Below are positions 58,284 through 64,000 of a stretch of DNA of 64,000 bases, piece by piece. The stretch covers positions 72,709 to 136,708 of the forward strand of contig CAVZBY010000005.1 in the NCBI GenBank assembly GCA_963773685.1, written 5' to 3'. The first letter of the stretch is position 1. Each line of letters begins with the position of its first letter. The notes under the pieces are model-generated. The model was not told the DNA's origin, searched no databases, and saw nothing but the letters and a program-made list of their open reading frames with translations. Source of the stretch: Candidatus Aminicenantes bacterium. Lineage in GTDB: Bacteria > Acidobacteriota > Aminicenantia > Aminicenantales > Saccharicenantaceae. Both the position numbers and the translations under genes were made by a program.

Positions 58284-59819
58284 ATGAAAAGGATCCTGTT
58301 CCGAAAGTCCAAGGGCCTTCTGCTGTTCGCCGGGGTCATTGCGGCGTTCATCCTGCTCTACACGGGTCTGGACGCGCAGATGCGGGGCGGGGGCGGCTGC
58401 GGGCCCGGCGGATCGATCATCGACCCGCCGGTCGGAGCGGCCTTCAAAGACCTGTCGACCCTGCCTAACCAGAGCGGCATTCCCGGAGTCGTCGAGGTCT
58501 CCCTCGATGCCCGGTATGCGACCGTCAATTTGAACGGCACGAACGCCAAGCTCATGACCTACAACGGCCTCTATCCGGGACCCGTCCTCCGGTATAAGGT
58601 CGGGGACAGCGTCATCGTTCACCTGACCAACTCCCTGCCGGCGACGACCGAGCGCAACTATCTCGGCTATCAGAAGAATTTCACCAATCTCCATACCCAC
58701 GGCTGGCACGTCTCGCCCAACGCGCCGGCGGATTATGTGATGTACGAGCTCGCTCCCGGCGGATCCTATACGCATACCTACGACACGTCGCTCCAGGATC
58801 CCGGGACCGTCTGCCTCTACCATCCCCACAAACACGGTCTTGTCGGCGAGCAGGTCTGGGCGGGCCTGATCGGACCGCTCGTCGCCGAGGATCCCGATAC
58901 GAAGCTCGCCGGTTACGAGACGCACCTCATGCTGCTCAAGGACATCGGCCTGAGCGGCGGGAATCCCGCTCCCCATTCGAGCATGATGGACTTCATGATG
59001 GGCAAAGAGGGCAACATCGTCACCGTCAACGGCCAGGTCAATCCGCGCCTCACCATTAAAAAGGGCCAGGTCCAGCGTTGGCGGATCGTCAACGCGAGCC
59101 AAGCCCGGTTCTATAAGATCGCCCTGGACAACCACAGTCTTCAGCTCATCGGGACCGACGGCGGCCTGCTCGATAAGCCCTATCAGGTCCCCTACATCAT
59201 CCTTTCCCCCGCCGAGCGCGTCGACGTCCTGGTCAAAGCGACGCAGAGCTCCGGGAGCTACAAGTTCAAGTCGCTCCCTTATTCCCGCGGGGGCTGCGGC
59301 GGCTGCAAGTCGACGGGCCAGACGATCACCCTGATGACCGTGACCTACAGCGGCACCCAGAGCCCGGCCCAGAGCTTCCCCGCCGTCGTCAATGCCGGGG
59401 CCGCGCGCCTCACGATCGACACCGCGAATCTTCCCCACAAGACCTTCACGCTGTCGATGGGAAGCGGTCAGGGATTCATCAACGGGCAGAACTTCGACGC
59501 CGACCCCCTGATGTCCATGTCGAACGTCGGGGATTACGAGGTCTGGACGATCGTCAACCAAAGCGGCATGGATCACCCCTGGCACCAGCACGTCGACTCG
59601 GCGCAGGTCCTCTCCATCAGCGGGGGAGATTCCGCTTACAAGCTCTATGCCTCTATCCCCGCCAGGAAGGACGTGACGCTGATCCCCAAGATGGGGAGCG
59701 CCACGATCCTCGTGCCGGTCATGGACTATGCGGGGATGACCATGTTCCACTGCCACATCCTGGAACATGAGGATATCGGGATGATGGGCATGTGGATGAT
59801 CATGGACATGCCGATGTAG
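58284..59819 (+). CDS. multicopper oxidase (laccase/CueO-like) with a Met-rich C-terminal tail
   Basis: Start MKRILFRKSKGLLLFAGVIAAF. Motifs HTHGWH, YHPHKHG, HPWHQHV, HCHILEHEDIGMMG. Ends in MMGMWMIMDMPM. Confidence 0.9.
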   Translation: MKRILFRKSKGLLLFAGVIAAFILLYTGLDAQMRGGGGCGPGGSIIDPPVGAAFKDLSTLPNQSGIPGVVEVSLDARYATVNLNGTNAKLMTYNGLYPGPVLRYKVGDSVIVHLTNSLPATTERNYLGYQKNFTNLHTHGWHVSPNAPADYVMYELAPGGSYTHTYDTSLQDPGTVCLYHPHKHGLVGEQVWAGLIGPLVAEDPDTKLAGYETHLMLLKDIGLSGGNPAPHSSMMDFMMGKEGNIVTVNGQVNPRLTIKKGQVQRWRIVNASQARFYKIALDNHSLQLIGTDGGLLDKPYQVPYIILSPAERVDVLVKATQSSGSYKFKSLPYSRGGCGGCKSTGQTITLMTVTYSGTQSPAQSFPAVVNAGAARLTIDTANLPHKTFTLSMGSGQGFINGQNFDADPLMSMSNVGDYEVWTIVNQSGMDHPWHQHVDSAQVLSISGGDSAYKLYASIPARKDVTLIPKMGSATILVPVMDYAGMTMFHCHILEHEDIGMMGMWMIMDMPM

Positions 59820-59913
59820 ACGGCGAGCCGGCAAAGCGGCGCCGTCTCCGTCCGGGCTGAGTCGGGGCCGCCCCCGTGATCGTTGACTTTACGCCTCGCC
59901 GGAGATACATTCC

Positions 59914-60732
59914 GTGGCGATGGCCCGCCGGACCGCGTCGAAGGAGCCCTTGCGCTGGGCGGAATGCCGCGACAATGGGCGGTGCCTCATCACGGGAGGC
60001 GACGCGCTTCATGAGTGGATGTTGCCCTGGTGGTATGAGAATGCCCGGCGGCACTGCGGATTGCCCGTCGTTTTTATCGACTTCGGGCTGAGCCCGCGGG
60101 CCCTTGCCTGGTGCCGGGCGCGGGGCGAGGTCGTGCACGGGAGCGTTCCGGCCGCCAACGCCTTCGTGGCGAAGCCACTCGGGATCATCCAAAGCCCCTA
60201 CGCGGAAAGTCTCTGGGCCGACCTGGATTGCGAGATCCTCGAGCCCGTGGAGCCGGTCTTCGAAGAGACCCTCTCGGAGATCGGCGTGGCGCGCGACGTG
60301 CCGGACGCCTTGGACCCCATCCAGGCCGGCGTCATCGTCGTGCGTCACGGCTCCGCGACGGCCCTGGAGTGGGCGGAGCTTTGCCGCGATTGGAAACAGC
60401 TCGACCGCTCGCGGATCCCCACCCTCCATAAGGACCAATCCCTGCTCGGTCACCTCTGGGCGGTAAAGCCGGAGGCGTTCACGCTCCTGGGGCAGAAATG
60501 GAACCGGTCGCGTGTAATTCCCGACGCGCGGGCGCCTAAAAATGAACCGAGCGCCGCGGGGGATGCGGCGATCGTCCACTGGTGGGGCCGGGACGGAAAG
60601 GCCGAGATCCGCCGGCGCATCGCCGCCCGCCCGCCCGCCGATCCATGCCGGGCCCTCGAGGGGAGGTCTTTCCCTCTCGCCCGACGCGCCTGGGCCGAGT
60701 TCAGGCGAAGGCGCCAGCGCGCCGTTCGTTGA
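59914..60732 (+). CDS. hypothetical protein (possibly a nucleotide-sugar-transferase-like fold)
   Basis: 272 aa with coding-like composition. An acidic DLDCE motif and IVHWWGRDGK are loosely reminiscent of GT-A/GT8 enzymes. No firm family call. Confidence 0.45.
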   Translation: MAMARRTASKEPLRWAECRDNGRCLITGGDALHEWMLPWWYENARRHCGLPVVFIDFGLSPRALAWCRARGEVVHGSVPAANAFVAKPLGIIQSPYAESLWADLDCEILEPVEPVFEETLSEIGVARDVPDALDPIQAGVIVVRHGSATALEWAELCRDWKQLDRSRIPTLHKDQSLLGHLWAVKPEAFTLLGQKWNRSRVIPDARAPKNEPSAAGDAAIVHWWGRDGKAEIRRRIAARPPADPCRALEGRSFPLARRAWAEFRRRRQRAVR

Positions 60733-60828
60733 ACTCCGCACGGATGCCCCCCGGAAATTCCTTGATTTCGCCGGATGGGAGCGCTTATCATTCCGGGGCC
60801 ATGAGAATCACGGAAGCCGCGCGTTACT

Positions 60829-62152
60829 ATGCGGCTTCGGCCTTATTGGCTGAGACGCATGATCGCGAATCGGGCCGTTTCGCCCGAACGGCTCCGGCGC
60901 CGCCAGATCGCGAGGCTGCGGGCCGCATTGACCCATGCGCAGAGGCATTATCCTTTCTACCGGGCCCGCCTGGAAGAGGCCGGCATCGATCCGGGCCGGT
61001 TCTCCGACCTCGACGACCTCCGCAGGCTCCGGCCGCTCGACCGGGAGGCCTACCGGGAGTTCGCCGAAAGCCCCGAGACGGAATCCGTGCGTCTCGCGCC
61101 CTCCACGACCTTCGGCCTGACGAGCGGCAGCTCGGGCCGGCCGATCAAGGCCTTCCGGTCGCCGGGAGAGCGCGCCCGCCAGACGGCCAAGTTCTTCATG
61201 GCGCTCTTCCTGAACGGCTATCGGATCCGTGACAAGACCTTCCAGATCTCCATGCCCGGCGAAGCGACCATCCGGGACGGCTGGCAGAAGAAGCTCGGGA
61301 TCCTGGGAGGGACCCACGTTTCCGGCGGCGAGGACGTCACGGCTGTGGATCGAGGCTTATGGCCGCCTCAGCCCCGAGATCCTGTACTCCGATCTGTGCC
61401 ACCTCGTCCGAATGGCGCTTTACGCGGCCGAGCACGGCATCCCCCTCGTTCGTCCGAAACTCTGCGTCAGCTACGGCGAGACGATGGACGGAGCCTCCCG
61501 GAGGATCCTGGCCGAGACGTTCGGCGGCGGGAACACCGTCCAAATGTACGGTTCGGCGGAATTCGGGCTCCTCGGCTTCCAGACGAGGACGGCGCCCTTC
61601 TTCCATCTCTGCCACGAGACGAGCTACTTCGAGCTCGAGACGGGGCCCGCGGCCGAGGGCGCCGGCGGGGCCCTTCTCGTGACGGATCTCTATCCGCGGC
61701 CCTGCCCACTGATCCGCTATCGATTGGGGGATTCCGTCGTCTTCGGGCTGGAGGGCGGCCTCCCGGTCCTCCGCTCGATCATCGGGCGCGAGAACGATCT
61801 CATCAGGCTCCCGGACGGCTCGCGCCACGGAAGCCCCGTCTTCGAGATGATCATGGAGCGACGGGCCGAGGTCCTCCAGTACCGGATCGTCCAATCGGTC
61901 CCGGACGCGCTGGATATCTCCATCGTCGCCCGTAAGGATTCCGACCGCGACGCCTTGACGGCCCGGATCGTCGGGGACCTCGAGCGCGAATTCAGCCCCG
62001 CGCTCCGCTACCGCGTCCATCACGTGCCCCGGATCGACCCCGACCCGGGCGGCAAGCGGAGGGCCCTTGTGAGCAACTTGGCAAAGACCGCTATTTCGCC
62101 TCTCCGAGATATTGGCGGAACCACTCGATGTTCCGTTTCCCGGCATCGATGA
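60829..62152 (+). CDS. phenylacetate-CoA ligase family adenylate-forming enzyme (CapK / F390-synthetase-like), interrupted by a frameshift near 61339
   Basis: RLRRRQIARLRAALTHAQRHYPFYRARLEEAGIDP...TSGSSGRPIKAF (AMP-binding P-loop) in ORF 60829-. The protein continues RLWIEAYGRLSPEILYSDLCHLV...MYGSAEFG...IRYRLGDS in ORF 61229-62152. The 3' end overlaps the convergent peptidase gene by 62 nt. Confidence 0.75.
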
Positions 62153-64000
62153 TGAGCCGCGGCTCTCCGATCCCGTGGGGCTGGCGCGGATAGACGATCA
62201 TCTTGACGGGCGTCCCCTGCCGCTTCAGCGCATGGTACAGCTCGTACCCCTGGCCGATCGGGACCCGGATGTCCTGCTCGCCGTGCTGGATGAGCGTCGG
62301 GGTCGTCGCTCCCTTGATGTTGAACATGGCCGAATGCTTCTGGATGACCTCCGGATCCTCCCAGTGCTCCGCCCCGAAGTAGCTGACGATGAAGTCCGGG
62401 ATGTCGGTCGTCCCGCTCATGCTCATGAGATTGGTGACCCCGGCCCCGACCGAGGCCGCCTTGAACCTCTTGGTATGGGTGATGACCCAGGAGGTCATGT
62501 ACCCGCCGTAGCTCCAGCCCATGACGCCGAGACGGTCGGGATCGGCCACCCCCATGGCGATGACCTTGTCCACGCCGGCCATCAGGTCGCGGTAATCCTT
62601 CCCGCCCCAATCTCTGTAATTGGATAGGCGGAAGGCCTTCCCGTAGCCCACGGACCCGCGGATGTTGCACTTCAGGACGGCCCAGCCCTCGGCCGCGAAC
62701 GCGGCGACGGGATAGACCCCGGGCGAGGCGATAAAGCTCTGGCTGAAGACCCCCGCCGGCCCTCCGTGGATCACGACGACGAGGGGACAGCGGCGCCCCT
62801 TCTCGTAGCCGGCCGGATACGTCAGGAGGCCTTCGATCTCCAGGCCTTGCGGGCCCTTCCAGCGGACGACCTCGGTCCGGCCGAGTGGATGCCCGGGGGC
62901 ATCGGCGTTGGCCCGGCTGACCTGGACGGGCGCCCATTTTCCCACGGGCGTCACGAAGGCCTCGGACGGGGAATCGCAGTCCTGGATGGAAAGGCCGAAC
63001 ATCGTTCCGTCCGGGCTGAGCGACGCGGAGAGGACCTGGTCCGTTCCCGCATTGAGGGGCGCGGGCGCGCCCCCGTCAGCGGGAAGGAAGCCGAGCCGGA
63101 TGATCGTCCCCTCGGATTCCGTATAATAGAGCCCCTTGCCGTCGGCGGACCAGCCGACGACGTTGGGCTCTTCGTCGAACGTGGGGGCGAGGACCCGGAC
63201 CGGTCCTCCGGCCGCCGGCGCGACGGCGACCCGGGAGGCCCCCGCCCAGTAGGGCGGGATGTCGCTGACGCTGTAGGCAAGCCGCTTCCCGTCGGGCGAG
63301 AAGAGGGGCTCGGATTCGGAGGCCGCGGTCATGGCGAAGGGCTTCGACTCCGCCGTCGCCGTGTCGACGATCTCGATATCCGACCGGAAATGGTCGTTGG
63401 TCCGCAGAGAGGGGACATGGGCGAAGGCGATGGCCGCGCCGTCCGGAGACCAGTCGAACCCGGAGACCGTGAACGCGCCCTGGGTCAGCCGCTTCGGCTC
63501 CCGCTTTCCGTCCTTGTCCCGGGCGACCGCGACGACCCAGAGATGGTTCTTCTTTTCGTTCTCCCCGACGACCCGGGCGTCGTTCCGGGCCTTTTTATCC
63601 TTTTCCTCCTGGTCGCTCGGCGGGTCGGCCATGACGAAGGCGATCCGCGCGCCGTCGGGAGACCAGGCGAAGCCGCCGACGCCGGTCTTGACGTCGGTCA
63701 GCTGTTCGGCCTCCCCGCCGTCGGCCCGGATGATCCAGATGTTGCTCTTCCCGGAGCGGCCGGAGGTGAAGGCGATCCAGCGGCCGCAGGGAGACCAGGC
63801 CGGATTGGCCGCGGATTTGTCGCCGAAGGTGAACGGAAAGCTCCCCGAGCCGTCGGCGGCGGCCATCCAGAGGTGGGTGAGGAACTCGCTCTTGTCGTCG
63901 GTCATGACGGCCGTGGACACGGTGAATACGGCCCGCTTCCCGTCCGGCGAGACCCGGGGGACGCCGACCGATTTGAGCTTCATCATCTCTTCGGGGGTCC
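62091..64000 (-). CDS. S9-family serine peptidase (prolyl oligopeptidase/dipeptidyl aminopeptidase type, N-terminal beta-propeller); N-terminus beyond the window end
   Basis: Propeller repeats (SPDGKRAVF, WSPCGRWIAFTS, WSPDGARIAF...) and a catalytic domain with GWSYGGYMT (nucleophile Ser). The frame remains open upstream of MMKLKS to position 64000 (...PEEMMKLK). Confidence 0.9.
   Translation of the reverse strand, partial: TPEEMMKLKSVGVPRVSPDGKRAVFTVSTAVMTDDKSEFLTHLWMAAADGSGSFPFTFGDKSAANPAWSPCGRWIAFTSGRSGKSNIWIIRADGGEAEQLTDVKTGVGGFAWSPDGARIAFVMADPPSDQEEKDKKARNDARVVGENEKKNHLWVVAVARDKDGKREPKRLTQGAFTVSGFDWSPDGAAIAFAHVPSLRTNDHFRSDIEIVDTATAESKPFAMTAASESEPLFSPDGKRLAYSVSDIPPYWAGASRVAVAPAAGGPVRVLAPTFDEEPNVVGWSADGKGLYYTESEGTIIRLGFLPADGGAPAPLNAGTDQVLSASLSPDGTMFGLSIQDCDSPSEAFVTPVGKWAPVQVSRANADAPGHPLGRTEVVRWKGPQGLEIEGLLTYPAGYEKGRRCPLVVVIHGGPAGVFSQSFIASPGVYPVAAFAAEGWAVLKCNIRGSVGYGKAFRLSNYRDWGGKDYRDLMAGVDKVIAMGVADPDRLGVMGWSYGGYMTSWVITHTKRFKAASVGAGVTNLMSMSGTTDIPDFIVSYFGAEHWEDPEVIQKHSAMFNIKGATTPTLIQHGEQDIRVPIGQGYELYHALKRQGTPVKMIVYPRQPHGIGEPRLIIDAGKRNIEWFRQYLGEAK

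Overview
GC-rich bacterial chromosomal segment from a diderm organism (it carries LptD, LPS-core heptose genes and outer-membrane porins). I count about 55 protein-coding genes and found no rRNA, tRNA or CRISPR array. Layout: (i) 1-24.1 kb is a cell-envelope polysaccharide/LPS island. It holds a CapD-like dehydratase, a nucleotide-sugar dehydrogenase, a RAYT-like HUH gene, Wzz, lptD, rmlA/C-like/B, gmd plus a reductase, purF, heptose kinase, a PHP hydrolase, an O-antigen ligase, GT9, Trm112, GT4, an LPS kinase, a TIM-barrel-like hypothetical, a methyltransferase and an SH3/beta-barrel OMP. (ii) 24-44 kb is mostly housekeeping: carAB, DUF1573, usp, dprA-topA-xerC, comEA, rdgB, mgtC, a UbiA/methyltransferase/ArnT-like trio, a PAS histidine kinase and eno. 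(iii) 44-64 kb holds an Rrf2 regulator, a phosphate porin with pstSCAB, dapF, a methyltransferase and an M55 peptidase. It continues with an AT-rich island flanked by two small hypothetical genes, DUF2961/GH172, two multicopper oxidases, a GT-like hypothetical with a CapK/PaaK-like ligase, and an S9 peptidase. I did not recognise any defence, toxin-antitoxin, secretion or prophage system. The unusual content is mostly non-coding. (1) A GTAG-headed REP family of about 20 copies, mostly inverted doublets, plus a decayed REP-flanked RAYT remnant. (2) A separate full-length RAYT-like gene, translationally coupled into the polysaccharide operon, that appears to have Phe at the catalytic Tyr position. 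(3) Tandem arrays of a 9-nt unit, GCGAGAC-NN, at eight intergenic loci; several abut predicted -35 boxes. (4) A GGGGTCAGG...CCTGACCCC palindromic element family that supplies the last codons and stop of three genes. (5) A 225-nt highly structured single-copy element between xerC and comEA, which could be an ncRNA or a MITE. Separately, 13 conserved genes, several of them normally essential, are each interrupted by what looks like a single-nucleotide insertion. That pattern points to insertion-biased sequence error rather than biology. All coordinates for motifs were indexed by hand from the printed sequence and may be off by 1-2 nt.
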